NCBI GenBank assembly: GCA_012295275.1
Contig: CM022671.1
Coordinates: 19,964,001-20,028,000, forward strand
Direction: 5' to 3'
Length of the DNA stretch: 64,000 nucleotides
From: Chrysomallon squamiferum
Taxonomy: Eukaryota > Animalia > Mollusca
The notes below the pieces were generated by a model. It did not search any database and was not told where the DNA came from. It saw only the letters and a program-made list of their open reading frames with translations. Numbering within the stretch: the first letter of the stretch is position 1; the number at the start of each line of letters is the position of its first letter. Shown here piece by piece: positions 23,805 to 36,800 of the stretch. The translations under genes and the position numbers were made by a program.

Positions 23805-26800
23805 CCTTTCATTCTTATCTGCTATTTCTCGCCAAATTCCACCGTTTTCATGAACCGGTTTATCTTGGTGTTTTTGCCCTCTCACCTGTATATTTTAAAG
23901 ATTTAAAGATTTAAAAAGTGATTAACATTTAACAAAAAAAAAAAAATATATATATATATTCATATTAGTATAATTTTTCATTCTTTTTTAATTAGTATCT
24001 GAAATACAGACATTAAATACATTCTCGGCTTAAAGCATTTATATAAAACAAAATGAAATAAAATAAATAAATATTTCATTAAGCAAAATCAGCAGTTTGA
24101 TAACAGTAAATTTATATGTCAAAACTATTTTGTGGTTATTTTACAGGTCGTAAGGGTCCAGAATTAAGGTCATGCCTTCTTACAGGCCTAACTACTACAC
24201 ACTGCCACTGGTTACCAACAGTAAAAGTAAGCAATGAAACAAATTAATGTTTTACGGCACAAGAACGTCATTTTTGTTGACATTTAATGTATGTTTTATA
24301 TATATATATATATAGATAGATAGATAGATAGATAAATAGACAGATACAGATACACACACACATACATATAGACACGTATATAAAATGATGAAATTAATGA
24401 GGAAATGTGTTATTGCTAATAAAATCGGTTGGATACGCGATATAACTTTCATATGCATTTTCTCACAGACAGGAAAGTACTGTACAAAAGAGAGTCTTTG
24501 ATAAATCACCTCATGAAGGTGTTCCAATCTCTGAACTAAAGTCCCTGTTTCCAAGACTGTGTAAGCGGACATAATATTACAGCATGCAAGGATAAGGATG
24601 ATGACAGTGATAATGATAATGAGCTGCATGTTGATATTAATAAGATTAACACAACAGAGGATGAGTATCACAAAAATGAAAAAAGACATTTGCAGCACAC
24701 ATTAAAAATAAACAATATTTTAAGATATTTACCAATGGGATAATATTAAGGATTAGCACATTCCATGATCATTCTGACGTTAATGGGAAGTGGGGCAAAA
24801 TAATTCTACATATTTACTAGTTTTCCAATATATATTTTAATAATTTTCGCATAAATATACTTACCATCGAACCTGTCGAAACTTAAATTTACTACCTCTT
24901 AGCCAGTTCCACTAACAGTATTTTTGTGGCTGTTCTGAAGCTAAGAAAAAAACAGTGGCAATGTTCGCTCGTCCTCTGGTATTAATTCATTTCGTTTTCA
25001 CTCACTGTAAGAATGATTTTCTCACCATCAAAATTTCCAAACCAAACAACTCCGAGTCATTACAATTAAAAATATTTTTATGATCGTAGATACAGAAACG
25101 AAATCATGCTTCAATAAAGCTTTGAATATAGTTAAATGTTTCTATATGATGTACCCAATGATGATCCACCTGATTTACATCCATTCTGAAGTTCTTGTGT
25201 ATGTGGCCATGACCAAATATACGTGGTGGAACATCCTCCAATAAAGAGATAGAACTGCAGTGACTAGACTAGAGGCGTCCATAATGATTTTATTTTATTT
25301 TGTTTCTTTTCATTTAACTTTCAGCCAGTTAATTTAGCAAATGCCATTATGCGTGCTTAACTGATTAGGAAACATATAATAAACTTACATAAATATAAAA
25401 ACAACAACAACAAAAAAACATGTTTCTGTTTTCTGTACGATATTCATCAAGACAAAAACGGTGACAAAACAATTCGAAATTTGTCATTAGCATCACATGT
25501 GTAACTGGTCTCAGAATCATTTTTCCGTGCTTCCAAGCGCTCTGTTAAATGCTTTCCTACCTGTGATGAGTGCATATAAAAGATCATTTGTTCTAATCGA
25601 AAGAGCTGCCAGTCGTATGGAAACAGATGTTTCTGTCTTGTATAATGTTCTTAACTGTATGTATGACGGTATATTAAAAAAAAATATATCATTAAATAAA
25701 ACATTTCGACTTTTATCATAGCAAGACAACAAAATACCCTAAAATGAAATATACATTATAAACAAGCTAATAATAATAATAATAATAAGAAGAAGAAGAA
25801 GAAGAACAACAACAACAACCACAACAACAACAATAATAATTTCTAAATTATTTACTATTACAATGGCTACAATCTTAATTGCTTATACTGGCCGAGTTTA
25901 TATAAATAAATAAAAAAAGAAAGAAAGAAAGAACTGATGTTCACATTAAATAAATGTAAATATTTACAAACTAATATTATTTAGACTGAATAATCACTTA
26001 ACCTTACCAATTATTAAAATATTTTTTATTCTCCATGTTTCAGGAAGATGATGAGGCTGATTCGTACTTGCCAGCCAGTAAGGGTGTTTGGGATAAAGCC
26101 ATTGATAGTGATTAATATGATTTCAGATTGAGTAATAATTTTTTTTTCCCCCTTTCTTTATTTTTTTATTCATAACTTATGAATAAGAATATGAGAAACC
26201 TGAAAAAAGTGATATTTTTCTCATTACAATGATATCCATAAAAAGGTAACTCTTATAACAACTAATCATTATTTAAAAACAATAATTTATCAAAATAATT
26301 ATAACATTTTAAAGAATCCAAGACATTATTTAAAATCAGCTTAGCAGTCATGAAAAAGTTTAATTTTGTTTTGGAATCATAATTACAAGTTCTTAATGAG
26401 TAGAGATTGATTACACATTATGTATCACATTTAGATATTACATTATAATTATGTCTTCAATTAATATATTATTAAAAATATCAAAAAATAACAGAGATAC
26501 AAAAAAATTAAGTATTGCTTAATTAATTGGTATTAGACTTATTATGAAGTTGTCAGATTAATTTTTGTTTTTAATATAATTGGTGCATTTTATCAAGAAA
26601 TGCTGTGTATTGTCCAAAATAATTTTAAAAAATCGTTGTAAAATTTTGTAATAACTTATGAATTGTTCTTTATTTTTTTTTTTTTTTTTTATGTGATTGT
26701 CCTTGGAAAAAATAAATGTTTTATTTCCACAAATAACTGATTTATCATGAAAAAGATGTGATCTTTGTTTTCTTTGGAAAACTGAATACAAAAAATATTG

Positions 26801-28860
26801 ACTGCTAAATAACAGTAATGTTAAGTTTGTTAATCATAATATAAAATAATTAAAGACACACAAAAAACAAAAAAAAAAACACAAAACAAAATCAAATAAA
26901 ATGAAATAAAACAAAAATAAAATTCTACATATTTAATAAAAATGTGATAAATATAACAACCATATAATCTCATCCTTACATATATCACTTCATGTATTCA
27001 AATCAAATACTGACCAGTAAACAACAGTTCACCTTGGTAATCTTAATATAAACCAAATTCTGAAAATTTTATGAAAATGTTATAAACATAACAACTGCAA
27101 TTATGATCTCAACCTCAGATATCCTACTTCATGTATTCATTAGCGATAATTCAAATGATAAAACATAAGTAATAATAATATTAAGAATGAAAATATCAGG
27201 ATAAAATTAATTACAGCCAGCACATAATTATGATACATATAAAGATAAAGAATAAGCAAAGTTAATGAATGTATAGTAAATAGCAGATAAAACAACTGAA
27301 AATGTTGTTTATTAATGATGTCCCTGATATGGAGGAAACAAAAACTAAATACAAATTTTGTAAAAAATACTTTTATTTTATGACTTGCATTTAAAAACTA
27401 TTATTCATAAATGTTTATTATTAGGTATTTAAACTAATTACCAATCACATAATATATATTTTTTTGGTTTCAGTCAAACAAAGGAAAAACATTATACAGC
27501 CAAACTAAATAAAATATATATATAATTAAATGAAACAAATATAATTGTATATATAATTAAATGAAACTAATGTAATTGTATATATATATATATATAAATT
27601 TATTTTAGATTGATACTTTTATTTATTGGCAATCAACGAACATTATACTGGACATAAAACATTTTTTTGCTTGAAGAATGATAAGAAAGCACAAAATCAA
27701 ACAGATAATGAGTATTTTCACACTTATCTGTATATATAATTGGAGAGTATTGATTATGGTTCACAAAGGGCCTAAAAATTCTTATTACCAGTTTTCCACT
27801 GGCTTTGTTTTTATATTAGGGTGTTTTTTTTTTTTTTAATTTAATGAAATTTGTTTTCACATATCATTCTTAACTATTGTGGAAATGTGATTTCACAAAT
27901 ATTAAATATAACTACATTTTAAAACAGATATAAAAAATTCTGAAATATTGAAATTGTTTTTTGATTGTTCTTTCTCTTATAAGATACACAAATTTGTATA
28001 TTACCAAAAAGTGATATGAATAGATTATAAAAATTAAGAATTGTTTGTTTTCATTCCTTTTTTTTATTTATTTGTTAATGAATCAATTAATCAATGAATG
28101 ATAATGATGAAGATGATAATAATAATAATAATAATAATGATAATACTAATATTAATGTTTTAAATGTTTTCAAAATTTTCAGCTTTACAATGCTGTTACT
28201 GTAGCCCGTATATTATGTAACACTGATACGTTATTTAAAGCTATGACAAATGTTTGTATACATCACATCAATAAAACAGTTATACCATAAAACCATTCCC
28301 TGATGGCAAGTAGTTTTTCTAAAAAAAAAAAAAAATAACAAAAAGATAAATAAATTAATTTAATAAAAAAAAAAAAAAAAAAACCCATCTGAAAGAAACA
28401 AACAAAACAGTAACAACAACAAAAAAAAAAAAAAAAAAAATAAATAAATAAAATCGATTATTAAATCTCACAACATTCAAAATAAATCTATGTTAAAGTC
28501 TGGAGCAGTTCAAATGTATCTTAGAGAAATATGTAAGAAAAACTAACAAAGCAAAAACTTGTCTCTGAGCAATCCACCTATTTAAAAGAAAGCACTGCAG
28601 CTTATTAGTTCCAAGGGATAAATCACAAGTCAATCATGGCAACAATATAGTTATTGTGTCATCCCTAACCTTATCTCCACTGAGGATACTAATAAAATTA
28701 ATATAGTATCTTTAAAAAGGAGAGAGAGAAAATAAATATATATAAGGAAAAAGATATCTAAATAACCCAAACAAAAAGCACACTTCTGTTTAACCCTTCC
28801 ATGCAATAAATTCTCCAGGTGAGTGCACATACTGAAATATCAAATAAACTGTTATTTTTA

Positions 28861-31800
28861 TCATCGCCACTGAACAATCTTCAGATAAAGTTTGTCTGGG
28901 AAGAAGGCATTTACAAGCTGTTCCACCAGAGACAGAGAGTCCTGCAGATGCATCACTGGGTCTTGAACAGAGGCACAGAGCATGTCAATCTGGTCCTTGT
29001 ACACACTGTATTGTTTGTTTGATTTGAGTGACAGCAGTGCTGCCATTGTCTGTTTTGCCAAACCACCAATGGCCGAACGTTCTTGTGGTTGTAAACAGAG
29101 ATTTGTCTCAGTGGCCAAATGGGTTGCAAGAAAAGCAGCCAGACTGCGGCATATTATCCGGAATCTTAAAAATAAAAAGTAAAAGGTAATCTATGAAGGT
29201 AAAAACAAAAGAACTGACTAATACATTTTGAAACATCTCTAATAACTGTTTCACTTGTTAATGAGCACTCTCCTTGGTAATAACAAAATATGAAAATAAA
29301 ATATAATTATGAAGATGCATAATGGCTTTTACTGTTTCTTTCTTTATGATGTCTGTTTGCATAGGTAACTGTAAATATACACCTGAGTGATTTTTAAAAT
29401 TTATGTTTCCATCTTCAAGAAAATGGGAAATGTCAGTTTATTAGTATCCTGAAGTTTGCTGTTTTGTTGTTATATTTTATTATCAGCAACATTTGATAAC
29501 AAAAAAACCTATACAGACCAATAACACTGAATGAGATGAAATGTTTTTAGGCCAGTTGTAGATATATTCAAAAGAAGACAGTAAAGCTAATTATTATATC
29601 ATTAAAATATATGTTTTATGAAATTGATTTTTAACAAAGAAATTCAAGGAATATATTTGCTTTGTCACTGTCAAGGATGATAATGTTATTTAAATGATTA
29701 ATTATGAATTGTATTTTTAATGATTAATTTTGAATGACATACAAATTTGGCAGGGAATAAAACAAGAATTTGTTATGTATACTGTAAATCCTGATAAATG
29801 CTACAACCGCCCACCCCCCAAAAGACACCAATTACATCAAATTCAATAAATCTAAACATATATATATTTTTTAATCTCCCCACTGAAATTTAGATCAAAT
29901 CATAACAGGAGACAAATATTTCTCACAATTCTAAATCGCATAATAATTGAATTTATTAATAGCATCATTACAATACTAAATCATACAGACAGAACATACC
30001 TGCAAGAAAGTTGAGATTTTCTGCCAAATCCTATAGCTCCTAATATACCAGAAGTTGCACGGTCCTCTCCAAGAGCTTGAAGCACTGTGATAAAGTGGTT
30101 GAGCTGTTTGGTGAAAATAAACTTAGTTCCACTTTCACATATTTGTTTTAATATCAGTTCCAGTAACTTGTGCCACCAAAGAAGAAGTTTCCCTTCATTT
30201 TCAGACCTGAAAATCAGACACAACTTATAAAGAAGAATTACTTATAAGTCAAATGCATTTAGATATTTTTTTAAATCTTTTTTTTCTTCTTCTTCCTCTT
30301 CTTCTAATAATTATATAACTTAAACCAGATCCAACAATTAGAAAACTAAAGTATGTTAACTCGCATTCACTAAAATGAAGTTCTGAAAAGCAACTAGGTA
30401 ATTAAAGAGATACTTCTGTTGCTAAATCAATTTTTCCATATAACAAATACAGTATGAGCAATTCTATAAATAAATACACTGAAAGATTAATTAATGAACA
30501 ATAAATAAAAACACAAACTATAAATATACTAATAAAATTAAAAGGAATATCTTTTAAAATAAAGCAAAATATAAAATTTTGTCATAAAAGAAAAGTAAAA
30601 ATTATAAATTTAATATTTTACTTTGGCTTAGATTCTGAAGACCACTCTATAAGACTGTTGGTGATCTTTGCTTCATCTTCATAGTTCTGACATAAAGCTA
30701 GCTGTTGAAGAACATGAGCATACAGGAGAAGAAATGAGCCTTCCATTACTGCCTCTTTTATACACTGCTCCACATTCAGTTCTGGCATTTGAATTACCTC
30801 CAGAATTTGACCCCACTCAGTGGCATGTATGGAATCTGAATCTGAAAATATGACATGGACACGAGACTCAAAAAAAGAAATAATATATATATATAACAAT
30901 AAACAATTTATGTATGTATATAATTAGGCCAACTTAGCAACATTAACTCTTATTTAGCTTCTTATTCCTTGTACAGAAGGTACCTCAAAAACAATATTTA
31001 AAAAATAATAATAATAATAATCCAAGACATAAAAATAATATCTAAGACAGCAACATCAAACATGAAAGTACAAAAATAATGGTGTATTTTATACACTGTT
31101 TTACACACTGTTTATGGTGAGCTCTAGTTGATATGGGAAAGAGATACATTAAATTTGATTAGGAGGATTAATCCAGATATCTGTCATATGATAAACTAGT
31201 GCTCTACTAACCAGCAGAGAAGAAAACTTCAATGCAAGCTTCCATGATCTGCACCATCTGTTTGAGAGAGGCCAGACAAGCGTGAAGCTGCCTTGATGCA
31301 TGGAGTCAGCAGAATGCTGTGTGGAGAATCCTGTAACCACTGACTGACAGTCGTGATGATGACATCCAGAGCATTGCTGTCAGGGTTGCTGTTGTTCAAT
31401 AAACTTAGAAGTTCTTTGATGAGATCAAGTGATTCTTCTTGTTGTGTTCTCACATCAATTACTGTAAAACAAAATAACAAGGTAATAATTATGTTTAATC
31501 TGTCCGTTTAAAAGGACTCAGTGTTTACAGAAATCTCCACATACTTTGAAAAGAAGCAGTAACATTTTTACATATCCAGACATCCAGTTTGAACCAGACC
31601 AAAAAACAAAATGAACCAAAAAACCCACAAAAACCCAGTAGGCTCAAACACAATTTCATTAATACAAATAGTAATTCTAAATAATATTTAAAGCATAGGA
31701 AAAAATATTAACCATACTTTTTTAAAACTGTTTTAAAAGTTAATAGTGAAGTACAATAAAAATATAACTATATTAATTGCTAATATCAAAGTACAATCAA

Positions 31801-33842
31801 AATAAAGCTAATATCACAGTACAATAAAACTAAAGCTATTTTAATACTCTATATCAAAGTGCAATAAAAATAAAACTATTCTGATAGTTAATCAAAATAA
31901 AACAATTCTAAGGTAATACCTGATGATTCAACCATTTCAATTTCTGTGAGCAGATTGACAATGACAGTTCCGACTGAGTTCATTCTGACATCAGGTAAGT
32001 ATGTACACTGACACAACAGCTGTGTAATTATGTGTACGTACATGAGTCGACGAGCTGAAAGGTCTGGAGACCAGGGCATGTCACTACGAGAAGTAAAACC
32101 AGCAGCAACTTTTAACAGTCTGTGAAATAAAAACCCATCTTTGGTCAACATGTATGTGTATATATATATATATTATCATATTACTCATGATTATATGTAT
32201 GATTTATTCATGAATAAAATAATAAAATATTACATTATATCAGTTTGTAAAAAGAACAGAGACAAAAATAACAACAAAAACCCCCTCATTTTCATATACT
32301 TTCAAACAAATTTGATTAATAATATTATATCATATAATATATGGTTAAAAAAAAAAAAACCTGCTTACTTTTCTTGTTATCCTTCTCTTTAACAAAAATA
32401 ATCGTTACAGGTTTCTGAAGTTCAGTTAATGAATTAGTACTCATTTACTTAATGACGACAGCTCAGTACATTTTATTACTGATGATTATTAGGTGTCAAA
32501 ATTATAGTTTTTGTATAATGAAAGCAAGAAAGGTGAAATTTGCTGTCACTATTCTATGGTATGATTAGCAGTAAGAAATCTCATATATCCTTTTTAAGTT
32601 GTTGTTTGTTGTTTTTTCTTGTTTTTTGTTTCTGGGACAGGACTGAAGTAAACATCTGTTAATTAATTTAATCCAGCTCAGATTAAATGTAAAATTAAGT
32701 GAATGTAGTTTATTTGTTATTTACCCACAGAAAACTTGAAGTATACAGCAGCCTTTGTTTGAGCTCCTGGGCTTTTGACAGATAAAAATAAAAATATTAT
32801 TTGCAATTATTATGAAATGAGTGAAAATACATTTCTAAATCAGCAAGTGCCTGGAATGGGAAATGGCCAATTGGGGGCATCAAGGAAAATGGATCCATTG
32901 ACCCATCACATTGTTTGCCAGCCCTTTATCTACTGACCTGCAGATGACATCTGTTGATATATTGTTTATTTACAGAAACATACCTCAGTCCCAGGGCAGC
33001 TGCAGATGTTCTTTCTGACAGAACACAGTTTGGATCACTGACTTGTAAAAACCAGTTGGTGCACACCCGGAAGCTTGCCAGTGTGATGTAGCTCCAGTCA
33101 AAACGTTCTGCTGATTCCAACAGTTTTATTGTTCCTTCATTCTGAAATACAACAACTGTTACTATAACCTTACTATGGTTGAATGGTGTACAGTGTTATT
33201 AAATGTGAAATAAATAGGGTATTTTATCAGATGAATTTTGGCTAACTCACTACAATCGATGTTCTCTGAGACATAAATACTAATTACTACTTTACTAATT
33301 GTATGTAATGATTCTAATATATTACAATAGTCTTTTAATTTATTCTGCCAGTTACCAAAAAAAAAAAAAAAAAAAAAAAAGAAAAAAAAAGGTTATCTAC
33401 TTATGTAAAACAAGAGTAGAAAATAATAAGTTTGATACTTGACTCTTATTCTACTGTAATTTTAAACAATTTTAGGAGTTAATAATGATAAAAAAATTCT
33501 TGTTATATTTCATTCAAAAGGTGATCAGAATTTTTAAAAATTGAAATAAAACAAATCAGAGAGTTTAAAGTATTAAAATAAAATAAAACTGTTAATTATA
33601 ATAAATATTTACAGAATAGTTGGTGTCTGTAAACTAACCTCTGACATTTCTTTTTCTCCATATGTCTGTATCAGTAACAGTAAGAGGGCAGCCTGGAAGC
33701 GAAACACAACCTCAGGCTGCTGACACATCTGATAATACTGAAGTATGTCAGCCCATGCTGATCTAGGCAGGAGATGACTTATCAGTTTAAAACAGACTGG
33801 TGATGTTCTTTCTTTCATCTGTGAAATAACAACACCAAAATC

Positions 33843-33888
<46 letters not shown>

Positions 33889-36800
33889 GTAATAATAATG
33901 ATGATGATAGTGATAATAGTAACAGCAACAACAACAATGAAAATGTTTATAGCAATAATAAACATAATAATAATAATAATAATGTTAGAAAAGTGATAAA
34001 GTTTTTTTTTTTAAATACAAATTATAAATATAGGCATTTAGGAACAAATGCTAACAAATGTAGATATGATTCTCTATTTATATAACAATTTTAACCAATC
34101 TGGACATATTTATTTAACCCCATATTTAAGTAACTCCCATGATCTCCAGATTTAGGTTTCCTTTGAAAGTGTATTTATTTAAAACAATAATCATCGACAT
34201 CAACAGTGTACATTTTTAAATGTCTATGAAGATTAATATTAAATCATTCCTATATATTTTCTTACCTGTGCAACAGTTTCTAGAAGCTGCAGGTCAGGTC
34301 TTAGTGCCTCCCATGGTAAATGTTTAAACTCACTTAAAAACAGCTGAGGTATGTAATGTGGTGTTGTCTTTGCACACAAACCATTCACATAATACATCAG
34401 TAACAAAGCTAGCACCCCAGCACTGTATTCTGGAGCTGTAACTGAAATAACACTTAAACTATTTATTTAAATGATAAAACAAAAAAACAAAAAATAATAT
34501 TAATAAATAAATAAATAAATAATAAACCAATAAATAAAAATTAAAATATTAAAATAATGAAATAAATAAAAATAAATATTATCTGTATTTTAAAGAATCT
34601 GACCAAAAGTAATTACCACTGATTTAAAGGGAATGTTTTTTCAGTTCAGTATTAAACTTATTTTAGAAAACATTTTAATCAGTCTATGAACAAACACACA
34701 CACATACTGAGTTTTCTATTAAAGTGAGTAGATTGGAAACAACATTTCATGCTTTTTAAAAAAAAAAGATAAATGTGTTGGGTTGATGAATGTGTGAAGA
34801 AGAAGTGGTAAATAACAACAGAGAATAAATTATTGATTAAACTACATCTTGTTATCATTTAAGCTTAAGTTTTCTTCTATATAATGATTAAACTTAATTT
34901 AACCGCAATGACTTATTCCTCAACACAATAAAAATTTTTTTAAAATGTATCACTGTTTACAACTGGCAGAAGAATTTTATCCTGATATACACTTCAAGTG
35001 AATGTATATGCATCACAGAATAAAACTGCTTATCTTAAAAGACATACAAATTTACACATAACGGCAATAAATACATTACTGATATTTGTAGAGACATAAA
35101 TAAAATAATACACAACATACCTGAAAGCTGGTTAATTATGAACTGCACTGTCTGTCTGAACATGGAAACCATGGACCTGGCCACCAGTGAGTCTTCCTCA
35201 ATCCAGGGGTAGAGTGTTTGTTCCTGGTTTCCCAGATGCTGTATCCATGGAGAAAATACCTGCACCAGCTCTTGCCAAATGAGTTCAATAACTGAAAATT
35301 AAATTTCTAGGCTAAAGATACTGATAAATAACAAAATCAAAATATAAAAATATCTACTAAAAATGATTTTACAAAAGAAAACCAAAATCATAAAAGAGAA
35401 GCAAAACAAGTGAAAAACATTAACTTTTCTACAACTGCTTTGTTGTTTTAAAAAAAAAGATAAGAAATAATTTTGTCTCCAAAAATAATTTCTAAGAAAT
35501 GTTACAACATTAATTTAAACCAACAAATAATGTATTTCAATGTATGTATATATTATATGAAGTTGAGAAGACAATTAATATTTCTAACAGCTGAAAAGTA
35601 TGCAACATTTATATAATTTCCAAACCTTCTTGCATTTCTATGTAGGCACTAAATGTGTAAGAAAACTAAAAATAAAGCATATAACTGGCCAATCAAGAAT
35701 AAACATTAAAACTACTGTTTAAAGTAAAATTAACCACATTACTGTTGGATTTGAAAGAGATAAATATAGTGACCTTGATATGGGTTCATGTCTGCTAAAT
35801 TTGGCATCATTTTTGTGACATAACTTCTCATGAGTCCTCCAATAAACTGAGCAATGTAAGGAACGTATCTGCCCAACTTTGGGTACAGACCAAATGTTGC
35901 AGCATCCATGTCAGTCAGTCTCACTTGTAAAAAGTAACTGCCAACCCACTGGAGAATTTCTTTTACCTGAATGAAATAAAAAATTGTAAAAATATTAATT
36001 GTATTAATTGACTAACCAATTATCTAATGTAGCCTTGAAAAGACCACGTAGTGTTCTTGGATTAAATAAAAATACACTTGTATTTGAATATGACTGAAAT
36101 GTAATAATACAATATTAAATATGTAGCATTAGAAAGGCTCAAATTTTATTATAGTAATTTTTCTCTTTTTCAGTTAGAAAATAATCATTAATTGAAACAG
36201 TAACAGAGACAGACTTGATAATGATGCTTGATTCTGTAATCCAAGATTTGTTGTACCTGAGTGGTACTAAATATGGTATCAGTACAAGCTTCAATTTCTT
36301 CCATATTACAGTTCACTGCAGGTGTTTTCTTCCCAGAAGATGTAGTCTGAGGTGTGGTCATAAAACACTGAACACACAGCACTTCCCAGCACTGCACATG
36401 CAGTCTTTCTGAAGCTGAACCTAATAATAATAATAATAATAATGGTGATGATGATGATAATAATACACAACAATAATCAACAATAATGATAATAAGAACT
36501 ACACTAATAAAATAATAATAATGATAATTATGATGATATACAACAACATCTAACAATAATATTAATAACAGCAAAAATTACAATAACACCTATAATAAGA
36601 AAATAGCAATGATGATGATGTTGATGATAATAAAAACAATAACTAACAATAATAATAACAAGTAATTTAATATTTCATAACAAGAGCTAGGTAAGTTCAC
36701 ACATTGAACTAATTCATGGTATCGCAAAAATAATCATTATGCATTTTTTATTTTCAAAATGTAAATCCATTTCTAATGCGGTTCAACATCAAGATAATTT

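Noticed and set aside
24252-24698. 148-aa minus-strand ORF
   Set aside because: Largely low-complexity and microsatellite-derived, with no recognisable domain
25497-25732. Overlapping short ORFs on both strands
   Set aside because: No recognisable domain and no consistent exon chain could be built
31745-31880. Degenerate tandem repeats (aatatcaaagtacaat...), with similar arrays at 27515-27590 and 40930-41160
   Set aside because: Ordinary AT-rich intronic or intergenic minisatellite remnants; no constant repeat-spacer structure
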